From Octopus sinensis (lineage: Eukaryota), in contig NC_043003.1 of NCBI RefSeq assembly GCF_006345805.1, forward strand, positions 108,190,001-108,254,000: a stretch of DNA of 64,000 nucleotides, read 5' to 3'. The notes beneath the pieces were generated by a model. It saw nothing but the letters and a program-made list of their open reading frames with translations, was not told the origin of the DNA and did no database searches. Positions 52,797 to 64,000 of this stretch are shown here, piece by piece. Every line of letters begins with the position of its first letter. Positions within the stretch are counted from its first letter, which is position 1. Made by a program: the position numbers and the translations under genes.

Positions 52797-53612
52797 ATAA
52801 GAAAAAGGGACAAGCAACAGGTTGCTTGACCGCATACCGATAAAATAGAAATAGCAGTCAAGAATGCGTATTTCTATCAAAGTGGGACTCCGGGCACACC
52901 GAATTCTACCAGTAAATAATTGTGGTTTTTTTAAAAACCTTTATAGAAATTATTTACTCTTATTATTATATTACTAATTGGATTTTTCACTCCCTTACGA
53001 CAACCAAATGGTTCCTACTCCTATGGAACTATTTTTGTAGTGCGCATGGCAAAATTTTGGAGGGAAGATTTACGAATTCAAACGTCTATGTAGGTTTAGC
53101 TTTTGCTCACTTTCTTCAAATATTTTGATGTCGCATGGTCAGAAGGTTTGAGGTACGTAGCATTTGATAAATCTATGATAAATCTATTTCAATGGAAAGC
53201 TGTGCTGAAGAAGGATGTGAAATATATATGCAATGTATATGAAATATATATCAAAAATATATATTCAATATATATTCAATACGTTTATAATCCAGAAACA
53301 TGATGTTCACAGATAACCACCAGACTTCGTTTTCGTTATCTATTCCTTCTGTTTTGCATATGTGAATTACAGGGTTTGTCGTGCCCGGAGTCCCACTTTG
53401 ATAGAAATAAGCATTCTTGACTGCCATTTCTACTTTTTCGGTATGCGGTCAAGCAACCTATTGCTTGTCCCTTTTTCTTATATACAATATATATACTGAA
53501 CTTTACAGAAGTTCCTGCCGGTAATCGGCTATATTTACATACCGAATTCTACCAGTAAATAATTGTGGTTTTTTTAAAAACCTTTATAGAAATTATTTAC
53601 TCTTATTATTAT
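52797..53612. repeat. Composite rearranged element: ~100-bp inverted pair plus ~70-bp direct pair, bounded by (TA)n
   Basis: A 52797-52897 and inverted A' 53381-53484 (about 6 substitutions); C 52898-52968 repeated identically at 53541-53612. A contains gaaatagcagtc. Confidence 0.85.
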
Positions 53613-53625
53613 TATTATTATATAT

Positions 53626-53715
<90 letters not shown>

Positions 53716-54023
53716 ATATATATATATAGTGTAAGATATAAGTTAGAGGTTATGCAAACACCTAAGGGATAGATGTATCCGTAGGCACTCCTGGTGTATT
53801 ACCTCAGTATGTATGGTCCTTGTTATAAGATATACAGTAGCAGGTAATTTAAAAGTAAAACAGTGCTTTAATATATATATATATAGGGACGATAAAAAAT
53901 GGAGGAATAATTAACAATCAGAAGTGGATCACTGGTGTTTTAAAGTAATTATTTAAATAATGACTTTAAAAGATCAATGTTCCACTTCTCATTGTTAATT
54001 ATTGCTCCATTTCTTATCGTCTC

Positions 54024-54094
<71 letters not shown>

Positions 54095-54369
54095 TATATA
54101 CATCCTTACCCCAAACTCACACCCAACCCTCACTTCCCCACATCCCAACACCACCACACACCACACACCCACGCATTACAGACGCACAAACTTAGACACG
54201 CACACATCCATACGTCAAACTCCCTAGCCCCTATCCACATGCACATACTCTCACATACACACAGGCACGCACACCTTCATTTTAGGATCACCAATACTTT
54301 ATTATCTCCCCTTCTTCCTACCTGTCCTGTCTAGCTACCTTTGTTCGGCCAGTCGCCATGATCGACCGC

Positions 54370-54535
54370 TAACTCCAAAACTTTTTTATTCTCTCTCTGT
54401 ATATTTCTTCGTGTTCCTTTCTGTTGAAGAGCATAGGCTTGAAAGGTAAAAGACTTTCTCACCTTCCCGAGCGTCAGACTAATACACCTCGTTTATACAC
54501 CTGTCTTCGTCTTTTGTTTTTCTGTAATTTTTAAC
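54370..54535 (+). mobile_element. Penelope-type terminal fragment with degenerate hammerhead-like core
   Basis: CTGTTGA-A-GAGC-atag-GCTT-GAAAGGT at 54421-54447; same architecture as 49641-49664. Confidence 0.4.
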
Positions 54536-54562
54536 TACACACACACACACACACACACACAC

Positions 54563-54645
<83 letters not shown>

Positions 54646-54664
54646 TGTATCTATATAAATAAAC

Positions 54665-55369
54665 CATTATATAATTAGGGCTTAGTAAAATAAATTACTT
54701 TGCCACACACTGAACTTTCTAGAAATAGCAGCCAAAAGGTTTTTAGCCATTTCCACTACTTTAAGAAAACTTCTCTCAGATAATGTTTACTCAAAAATAA
54801 CTCACGAAGATATGGAGGTAAAAACAGTAAAATATCACAAGTACAAAGATCATTTGAGAACGTCAACGTTTCTAGATTAGCCGAAATAAAACTCAGCATT
54901 TCTTTCGTCAGCTCAAAATTTCTTAATTTTGGATCTGAAAGCACTAACAAAATGAACATACCCATCCGATAATGTATCACCTCAGACAAACATCTTCAAA
55001 CTGCCAGTACTAGCAAATTCAAAATGTACAAGTGAAGATTCATGTTCCTTCCCCTTCCACCCACGTGAGTTATCTAGTAAACATATTTTAACGGTAAGCA
55101 CCGTAGCAAAGAACAGAGAGAAGGGAATTATAATATCAACAATTGAGGGTAAAATTAATTAGTTATTAATCAATTTGGCTAAAAATGGCTAAAAACTTTT
55201 TGGCTGCTATTTCTAGAAAGTTCAGTATGTGGCAAAGTAATTTATTTTACTAAGCCCTAATTATATAATGTAATATTTTGAATTCGCCTTAAATGGTCCT
55301 TTTACATACTGAACACTACTTGGTAAAATTGATTAATAACTAATTAATTTTACCCTCAATTGTTGATAT
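54665..55369. repeat. Two interleaved inverted-repeat pairs next to (TA)n
   Basis: A 54665-54752 / A' 55183-55270 (two substitutions); B 55133-55176 / B' 55326-55369. A contains gaaatagcagcc. Confidence 0.85.
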
Positions 55370-55422
55370 ATAAATAAACCTATATTTATATGGTTTATAT
55401 ATATGTATGTATGTACATACAC

Positions 55423-55468
<46 letters not shown>

Positions 55469-56024
55469 AATCTAAGTATATGTGTGTGCATTAATTTGTA
55501 TGCATTTAAATGTGTGTACACTCAAGTGGAAGTGTGTTTGTGCCTATACATGAATGAATTTACGTATGCACGTATGTATGGATGTACGTATGCTTGTATG
55601 CATTTATGTATGCATGCAAGCAAGTATGTACGCATGTATGTATGTTTGCACGTAGGAGTGTTGGTCGTAAAATACTAAATAATAATCAAAAACACTTGCT
55701 TACTGCAAGCCACTTTGTATTTCCATTGGTGTCCTCACCAGCTGTTCTATTTGGCTATAAAGTTGTTTAAGCAGATTTGGCACTACCAGAGTTCACCCGA
55801 GATTATTTTGGCTTTTAGACAGGCTCAACTAAATCTGGTGATTCAGAGAAGCAATTAAACTAAAGCGTTTGTGTCTTCGGTTTACCGTGTGTGATACAGA
55901 TCAAATAGAAGTTGATACAAATGAATTACTTAAGTGCTAAATATTCTCCCGAGACAAATGGAAACGAGAGAACATGAGAGATAAAGTGAGGGACAGAGAT
56001 ATGCTAAGTGAAATATATAGATAT

Positions 56025-56083
<59 letters not shown>

Positions 56084-56440
56084 TATATGCTGAGAGAGTG
56101 AAAGAGAACGACAGAGAGTGGATGTACAAAAAGAGAAAAAAAGGAACCATTTAAAGATACTGATATTCTCACACAAGCTCGCTTGTACATATGCTATATA
56201 ACTGTTCGTTCCATATGTGTTTTGTGTGTATGTGTGTGTGTGTTTGTATGTGTGTTTCTCTGCTTGCGTGCTTACGCGCGCGTTTGTGTGAGAAGAGTGA
56301 GAGAAAGAGTGCGTATGTTTATGCGGATGTGTTTGTATATGTGTGTGTGTTTGGATATATGAGACATGGATGCGTGTACGTATAAAGTATGAATGATGAA
56401 TATGTGTGGTATATATGCGTATATATGTATGTATGTATGT

Positions 56441-56483
<43 letters not shown>

Positions 56484-56754
56484 TTATCTAAACAGGTAAA
56501 CATCGATGCTTATTTGTGTGTGTATTTCATTATTCTTTTAATCTAAAACAATGCGATTTATAAAAATTAGTAGTACACTTGGATTGTACTTATATCTACA
56601 ACTTCAATATTTCAGATTTAGGACACCTTCTTGAAAAAATCTTCGAAGAAAAGGTTAGCTAACTCTTCCACTCTGTATAAGAAGTTGTTTTGTGTTGTTG
56701 TAGTAGCCAATCAGCAGCATGCAGTTCGGATCTTTTATTGATATGTGGGATGTA

Positions 56755-57200
56755 CTAAAGCAATGTTAGCACGCCTGGCAAAATATTTAGCTGCATTTCG
56801 TTCCTCTTTACATTCTGAATTCAAATATCTATTTCTTTACTAGCCACAAGGGGCTAAACACAGAGAGGACAAACAAGGACAGACAAACGGATTAAGTCGA
56901 TTATATCGACCCCAGTGCGTAACTGGTACTTATTTAATCGAAAGGATGAAAGGCAAAGTCGACCTCGGCGGAATTTGAACTCAGAACGTAGCGGCAGACG
57001 AAATACCGCAAAGCATTTCGCCCGGCGCTCTAACGATTCTGCCAGCTCGCCGCCTGAATTCAAATACCGTCGAATTCGACTTTACCTTTCAGCCTTTCGG
57101 GGTCGATAAAATAAGTGCCAGTTGAGCACTGGGGCCGACATAATCAGCTTACCCACTCCCCTGAAACTGCTGGCCTTGTGCTAAAATATGAAACCGATAT
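56755..57200. mobile_element. Younger S1-variant SINE (minus, 56828-57053) nested in an older S1 SINE (plus)
   Basis: 13-bp TSD ctgaattcaaata at 56815-56827 and 57054-57066, in the B-box of the host SINE. Confidence 0.88.
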
Positions 57201-57517
57201 AAGGATGTTATCCACATATTTGGCACAAACAAGTTACAAATTAGATAAACTATAGTTAAATATACAAAAAGAAGGGAGAGTCATGGTGGAAACACCTTTC
57301 TGTTGCTGCTACTGTTGTTGTTGTTGTTGTTGTTGTTGTTGCCATTATTGTTGCTTCTGTTGTCGCTGTTGTTTTTGTTGTTGTTTAACCTCAGGTCTGA
57401 CCTCAAGAAGCACACCTAAGATAAACAGCAACACAAGCACAGCCACCGACTAAATTTGTTATAAAATATCTGAATACAGTTTCCTCTTCATTTCTTTGTC
57501 GTTTACCCTACTCATGC

Positions 57518-57555
<38 letters not shown>

Positions 57556-57924
57556 GCGCGCGCGTTATTCACATGCACACGAATACTCACACGCATCCAG
57601 GCATACTCACATGAACTTACGCTTCGATTAAACCTGCAATCTAGGATGTCCTTAACATATTGATGATTTTCATTCATTATAAGGATATTATTCATTTCAA
57701 AGTGATCAATTCAGAGGAAATCGATCTGTTCGAGTTACTCCCAGTTTATTGATTTGGAAAATGAATAAGGAATTCTTCGATTTTGAAGACGACACTTCCA
57801 CATATATAAACATGTGTGTGCGGGTTTAAATATATACTTACACACACACACACACGCACACACACACACACACACACACGCACACACACACACACACGTA
57901 TATATATATATATATCATACTCCT

Positions 57925-58192
57925 GACCTGAGGCTATGCTAAAAGATACCTGTTCACTTTGCCACGCAGTGGAATCGAAACCAAGAACTCATAAATGCAA
58001 CGGTGAACACTCAGTGATTCACCCATGTCAGTCACGTTCGGAGATGGGATGAGTTGATTACATCTACCTCAGTGCTCCACTAGTACTTATTTTATCGACC
58101 CCGAAAGGATGCAAGTGAAAGTCGACGCAGGCGGAATTCGAACTCTGCTAGGTATTTTACCAAGCGTGCTAACGATTCTGCGAAATCGCCTT
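57925..58192 (-). mobile_element. Decayed S2 head followed by decayed S1 SINE
   Basis: cctgaggctatgctaaaagatacctg...gccacgcagtggaatcgaaacc; then tacttattttatcgaccccgaaaggatg...ctaacgattctgc. Confidence 0.7.
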
Positions 58193-58199
58193 GCAATAA

Positions 58200-61100
58200 T
58201 TATAACAATGATATTATTTTATAATACCGAATCATAGGTGTCGGGCCGTCGGTGACTAAACCGGTAACCCCACAGAGCTTCCTTTGTTAGGACGGTGTTA
58301 TTCATTATTTGGTCACCCTGTCGGATGAAATACAAGACCTGTCTAAGGGCGGATGGACTCTGAGGAGTCCACGATCATCCAAATAGCAACTCTTTATTCT
58401 TTATTAGTTGTGCTGCTTAGTAAGCCCTTACCGCTTAAGACAGCAAGGAGGATAACAACGATGAATGACGGGTGTGGGATTACATCTGCATGTCTGGGTA
58501 TGTGTATGCATATAGATATGTATCCATGTATGTGTATATGGATATGTATATATGTATATGTATGTATTTCACTTGTTGCGGAACTCTGAATGCTGGGTTG
58601 GTGTCCAGCGTAGGATAACTCTCTTAAACTTTTAAGGGTAGAGGGGTTCCTTTGAGTCTTTTAGACAAAACCCTTTAGAAATGGTGTCTCGATAAAAGAT
58701 ACTGGTGTTTGTGACACATTATCAACACTTTCCTCTGCATGAGAGTAATGAATAAAAGAATTAATACAAACAACGGCATAAATGAAGACGGAACGACAAG
58801 CGACGGACTGTCGCTTGGTAGGTGGTCTGTGGGTGAGCAGCAGCAGAGGCCCGGTCGTCATTATACGGCTGCCGGGATAAAATGGACAAAGACAATGAAT
58901 GCAGCTGTCATGGAATGTCATTTTTTGAGTAGATCTTTTGATGATGAAGGGAAGCCTATAGGATATAGAAAGATGATGCAGGACATGTGGATGGAAAATC
59001 TGGCCTCAGATATTACAGAACAGAAACTCTGTGATTAGGTAAGGGCAATAAGGAAGAAAGGATGGCTTACAGCATTAGAGCTTGATGAGATTAAGAAGAG
59101 GGTAGCGATCGAAAACATAGGCAGTGATGTGGAAGTAGTTACAAAGAATGTTGATGAGGCTGCATTTAATGAAGGAACCCGGGAGAATTATAAGGATTTA
59201 AACTTTGAAGGTAGAGTATAGAAAGATTGAATGATGAGGACAGGGGAATGATCAAATACATCATTAGTATCAGTGGGGAAGACCTGGACATGGAAATAAA
59301 GGAATTCAGGAAAGTAGATAGAAATTTTCTCAGTGCGGTGAACCCAGAAGGTGAATAAAATACTGAAAGAAATTAAGACAGATAATATAACCGGAACGAA
59401 TAGATTGATTAAAGCTTGTCTAATATATACAGGAAAGAAACCATAAGAGAGGAAATTATTAAAAGAGCCTTGGTAGACAAGAAGAATAAAGCAAACAATG
59501 AACGAACTAAGAAAATGTATCAACACCTTGGAAAGATAAAAAAGGGGGTGCGTGATCAGAAAAAAGGAGAAATATCAGGAACTAGAACGTAGATATAAGA
59601 TAAAGAAAAGGGGCCAAATGTAGTCATTGAAGAGCAGAAACAAAGGTTGCAGGTTAAAGTGACAAAGACCAAGAAATATTATCAAATAACACTGGTCAAC
59701 AATTTTTGAAAAGTTGTAAGCTTCTTAAATGAGATTAGTTTATTCTTATATATATTTATGCACTGAATCCAAATAAAAATGATTATTGAATATAGATTAA
59801 ATGATAAGCGGCATGTAATATTTGATTATTTTATTAGAACATGCAGTATGGGTCTGTACATGTTTTAAACTCTAGTTCATAGCTACTCTCTTCCTTTTTG
59901 CTTGACGCTTGTAGTGGGCTGAAGAATCTTGCCAATGTCCAGCAATAGTCTGCAAGCAGTGTTGTGCTCATTATACTCTGGTACCGCATTTCCGTGGTTG
60001 AAATATCTTGGTGAAACCTTTCACTATGTTCGTCACTAACTGTCCCACACAGTTCGCTGGAAAAAAATCTACATGTGAATCCAAAAAGTGGATTTTAAGT
60101 GACATGTTACGTCCCATGTTCTTGTAAGCCTTAATGAGGTTTTCCACCAATTCTTTATAGTTTCCTTCCTTATGCTTCCCAAGCAGTTTTCTCCTCCCCA
60201 TGAAGCGCTGATTCAAAGTCACCATCTTTAAGAAGTTCTTGAATCTGCGGCACAATGAAAACTCCCTCTTTTATCTTAGCGTCGCTCAGTGTGGGCAATT
60301 TTGATGTTAAATACTGGAATCCCTAACCAAGTTAGTCCATAGTTTTTACAAAGATTTTCATAAAACCCAGTTAATGTATAGTGGTGGTAGCAAAATTTTG
60401 TTTGGTTCAGTGAGAGGTGGATGTTAAACATTTTTCATCCCATGCTTCAATGATTGATGAGGTGGTCAGTCTCTCCTGATATAGTGGGGACCTCTTGCAC
60501 GGCTGTCCCATTCACACAGAAAGCAGCAGTACTTGGTGTGTCCACCCTGCAAGCCCATCATAAGAACAACCCTTAAGTCACCACAGAGCTGCCATTGATG
60601 TTCATTATATCTTATGCATTGCTGATAGCTATGGGCGAAAAGCTGATGGAATGTCTGAATTTTCAATAGACTCCTTTTTCTTCTTTGACAAGCCCTTTTG
60701 TACTGGGGTTACCATACAGAATTAACAATTGCTTGTATGGTCTGTTGCCTCCCGCCACGTCATTGGCACAGCAAAAGACATTCCTTTCCTTTTCCTGTTC
60801 AACCATTGGCGAAGGTTAGAAGCACAAGTGTTGCAGTATATTTGAGGAGCCCAGTTCTTATCCTGGTCACCAATCTTGCATCCAAAATATAGGTGATATA
60901 CTTTTTTAACTATAGCAGTTATACAGCGCTTATGTGATGCAATGGCCACCCTACCACAAATGTAGCAGAAGTTGTCTGCCTTATTCACACCAGTACGGGG
61001 CATCTGAAAGGAGAAAACAACAAACAGAAGATAAACAAAAATTCTACTCATGAATTTATTATTATAATACCGAGCATGACATCTTAGCAGAATTATTTAT

Positions 61101-63151
61101 ATCATTCAGTAGGAAAATGAAATTAATATAAAATGTCTCACATGCATATCAAAAGCTTGCTCGATGAATATTTCTTATAAGTTTTAAAAAGTGTTTGACT
61201 AGGAAAGTCACCTACCTTTCAACTCAAAATGCACGGCACAACCACCTTCTATTACTGCTGTAACAATACTGAAGAACAGTGAGACTGTGAGTGTGGTAAG
61301 AAGCACACAGTCGCAAGCATGTTGGAACCTGTTGTGTGCGTGGATGTCTCTTGGAAAGCGGAGCAGACAAACACATTTAACTATGATATTCATTATCAGT
61401 AACCTAAAATTAGTTGGAATTTTCTACTTTGGTCTCGGAAGCACTTTTGTTGTTGATCAGTGTAATTGCACAATATGAAACCAACAGATTGTTCCAGCAA
61501 GATCAGAAAAGGGTTTATCAACAGCTGAATGAAAAGTTTAACAACAGTGAGAGACCGGACGCTGAAGAAAGTAGGTTTTGGAGAAACATCTGGAATGATA
61601 GAAGAAAGCATAATGAAGATGCTGAATTGCTAAAGGAATTAGGATCGGAGAAAGAGAGCAAAATTAGAATAACGACTGAAATGGTGAGCGAGCAGACAAC
61701 AAAGATCCCAAACTGAAAGTGTCCAGGCCCGGATGTGGTAGAAGGGTATTGGCTGGAAAATTTCCCAGCACTACACAAAAGAATAGCTGCGAAAATGGAT
61801 AAAATGATTTACAACAGGGCTTAACCACAGGTAAAACGGTTCATTGCTAAAAGGATCTGAGTAAAGGTAATGCAATGGACAAATTACCGGCCTATCTCCT
61901 GCCTGCCCCTGATGTAGAAGGTCATGGCAAAAATAATATCTAATTGTGTATAGAATTTCCTGGAAATGAATGACAAATTCCCAGTGGAACAGAAAGGATG
62001 CAGGAGGAAAAGCCGGGAGACAAAAGGCGAACTTCTGATAGACAGAATGGTACTGAACGATTGCAAGAAAAGACATGCTAACCTGGGTATGACTTGGACC
62101 GATTATAAGAAAGGGTATGACATAGTTTCCCACTCTCGGACTTTAGAAAGTCTTGAGTTGGTACAGATATCTGATAACATCTTAAATTTTATCAGATCAA
62201 TGAAGAACTGGAATACAGAGTTAACATATGTGGTCAATTTAGGGTGAGGGTTAAGATCAAGGGGGGCATATTACAGGGAGATAACCTATCACTATTGCTG
62301 TTTGTGATTAGTATGATATCTCTTACACAGATATTGCAGGAAGTAACATTGGGATACACCTTGAAAAGCGCCCAGAAACAAGTTCTGAGAACTAATTATA
62401 CCAAGTTCCGAATAGATAAGAGCAGCGAATCGCCTATTTGTAGGATGTGTGGCAGCAAAAAAAAGAAACGATCTCACATATTGCGAGAGTAGCAAGCTGG
62501 CCCAAAAGCACCAGAGACGATGTGGCACTAGATAACGTGGCTGAGTTTGTCCATGGGAGACTGTGTGAAAATACCTTTTGGGCAGTGAACGGAAATGATA
62601 CAAAGACGAAGCAGAGGGAGTCACTGAGAACAATGAATATAAGATACTGTGGGATTTTACGATCCAATATGACTCTCTAATCGAGGCTCGGAGACCAGAT
62701 ATTGTTGTGGTAGGTAAAGGACAAAATGAAACCAAGATCATTGATATTGCCATAGCTGGGAATGAACGAGTAGATCACAAAGAGCTGGAAAAGATGAAGA
62801 AATAAAGATGACTAAAAGACGAAATTGCAAGGATTAGGACAACGAGGAGAGGACCTATTATGCCAGTGGTTGTAAGGGCACTCGGATCACTAATAAACCA
62901 GGTTGGAAAAATATGTCGAAGAAATTGGAATTGATTTGAGAAGAGAGCAGGCCGAAATACTGTTCTGTTGGTGACAGCTAGGATTTTGAGAATGGTGCTT
63001 GGGTGTTGAGTGTCTTCCACAATGAGTTAACATCCAAGTACCAAAGCTTGTAATCTGCGGAAAGAGAACCTGTGAGACCTCTGACAACAGGTTTCAATCC
63101 GCTTTCATCGAATCAATCAGAGCAAGTAAGACCAAGATCTTTGAGAAGTAA

Positions 63152-63154
<3 letters not shown>
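58200..63154 (+). mobile_element. Decayed full-span R4/Dong-type LINE (family E), interrupted by a Chapaev3 insertion and lacking the RT C-terminal half
   Basis: KWTKTMNAAVMECHFLS...EQKLCD (58739-59038), [37 protein letters not shown], then CRMCG, RPDIVV, PVVV.ALG. 3' UTR and (AAT)n tail from 63155. Confidence 0.88.
59690..61462 (-). mobile_element. CMC/Chapaev3-type DNA transposon, 1773 bp, decayed transposase
   Basis: 13-bp TIRs cactggtcaacaa / cactgatcaacaa; 3-bp TSD TAA (59687-59689, 61463-61465). Transposase pieces CYICG..GDQDKNWAPQIYCNTC..AVPMTWRE, CGDLRV..KYCCFLCEWDSR (C2C), MSLKIHFLDSH (H4H). Confidence 0.85.
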
Positions 63155-63195
<41 letters not shown>

Positions 63196-63203
63196 TAATA
63201 ATG

Positions 63204-63272
<69 letters not shown>

Positions 63273-63274
63273 GC

Positions 63275-64000
63275 ATGAACCCCATAACAACTGAAGAGGT
63301 CACCCAGGCACTGCAAAAACTAAGCAACTGGAAGGCACCTGGGCATGACAAGATCCCCAACTTCTGGTTGAAATATCTAACAGGAATGCACAAAAAGCTG
63401 GCTGAAAACTTTAACAAAGTACTAGCAGAGCCAGAGACAATGCCTGAATGGCTCACGAAGGGGAAAACCATCTTAATTCCCAAATCAAATGAAACAACAA
63501 AACCAGAAAACTACAGACCAATAACCTGCCTCCCTACTATGTTCAAGGCATTTACTGCAGTGATATCGCAAAGGTTGAACAAACACCTGGACGAAAACAA
63601 ACTGTTCCCAGAAGAGCAGAAAGGATGCCGCAAAGGCTCATATGGCTGTAAAGATCAACTAATGATTAATAAAGCCGTAACTGAAGACAGCCACAGAAAG
63701 AAGAAAGGCCTCAGTATGGCCTGGATTGACTACAAAAAGGCGTTTGATAGCACCCCCCACACATGGATCCTCGAAACACTAGCCATTAACAAAGTAGCAC
63801 CAACAATCATAAAATTCATAGAGCACTCTATGAATAAATGGCAAACAGTCCTACACCTCCAAACAAAAGAGGGACTCATGAAAACCAAAGACATCCCCAT
63901 TAGAAGAGGAATATTCCAGGGAGACACGCTCTCTCCACTCCTTTTCTGCTTGGCACTGTCACCTCTATCTGATATGCTAAATAGAACTGGATGCGGATAT
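63275..64000 (+). CDS. Intact reverse-transcriptase N-terminal region of a young 5'-truncated R4/Dong LINE (family F), open to the window end; absent from the ORF track
   Basis: 242 codons without a stop: WKAPGHDKIPNFWLK, ENYRPITCLPTMFK, EQKGCRKGSYGCKDQL, WIDYKKAFDS, RGIFQGDTLSPLLFCL. Directly follows (AAT)n. Confidence 0.93.
   Translation, partial: MNPITTEEVTQALQKLSNWKAPGHDKIPNFWLKYLTGMHKKLAENFNKVLAEPETMPEWLTKGKTILIPKSNETTKPENYRPITCLPTMFKAFTAVISQRLNKHLDENKLFPEEQKGCRKGSYGCKDQLMINKAVTEDSHRKKKGLSMAWIDYKKAFDSTPHTWILETLAINKVAPTIIKFIEHSMNKWQTVLHLQTKEGLMKTKDIPIRRGIFQGDTLSPLLFCLALSPLSDMLNRTGCGY

Noticed and set aside
58365-58405. Hammerhead in the 5' UTR of family E (ctgaggag...caaatagcaactc)
   Set aside because: CAAA instead of GAAA, no convincing stem II or stem I; also rejected ctgacga/ctgaaga in family D for lack of GAAA and stems.

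Overview
Eukaryotic, AT-rich, extremely microsatellite-dense, repeat-dominated DNA. The SINE families and (TA)n/(AAT)n/(GATA)n load point to a coleoid cephalopod, most likely Octopus (inference from recalled repeat sequences, not a search). No host gene is securely identifiable; the only candidate is a possible minus-strand start exon at the left edge (ATG at 89). Contents: (1) three head-to-tail stacks of R4/Dong-type REL-endonuclease LINEs in (TAA)n tracts (8.5-13 kb, 19.3-25.5 kb, 58.2-64 kb), including a young intact RT at the right edge, an internally inverted copy and a copy split by a Chapaev3-type transposon with a TAA target duplication; (2) a Penelope-like RT/GIY-YIG remnant; (3) five Tc1/mariner relics (one DD37D, three DD34D, one irritans-like N-terminal fragment) and a Tigger/pogo relic; (4) a 428-bp MITE with an exact 8-bp TSD carrying TTAGGG repeats; (5) many tRNA-derived SINEs of at least four families; (6) several fold-back elements beside (TA)n tracts, some with degenerate hammerhead-ribozyme-like cores. 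These are the best candidate for an undescribed non-autonomous retroelement (retrozyme-like) system. Two near-perfect duplications differ only by small indels and may be long-read assembly artefacts. Almost all ORFs in the supplied track are microsatellite or antisense artefacts. Family names come from motif recognition without database searches.
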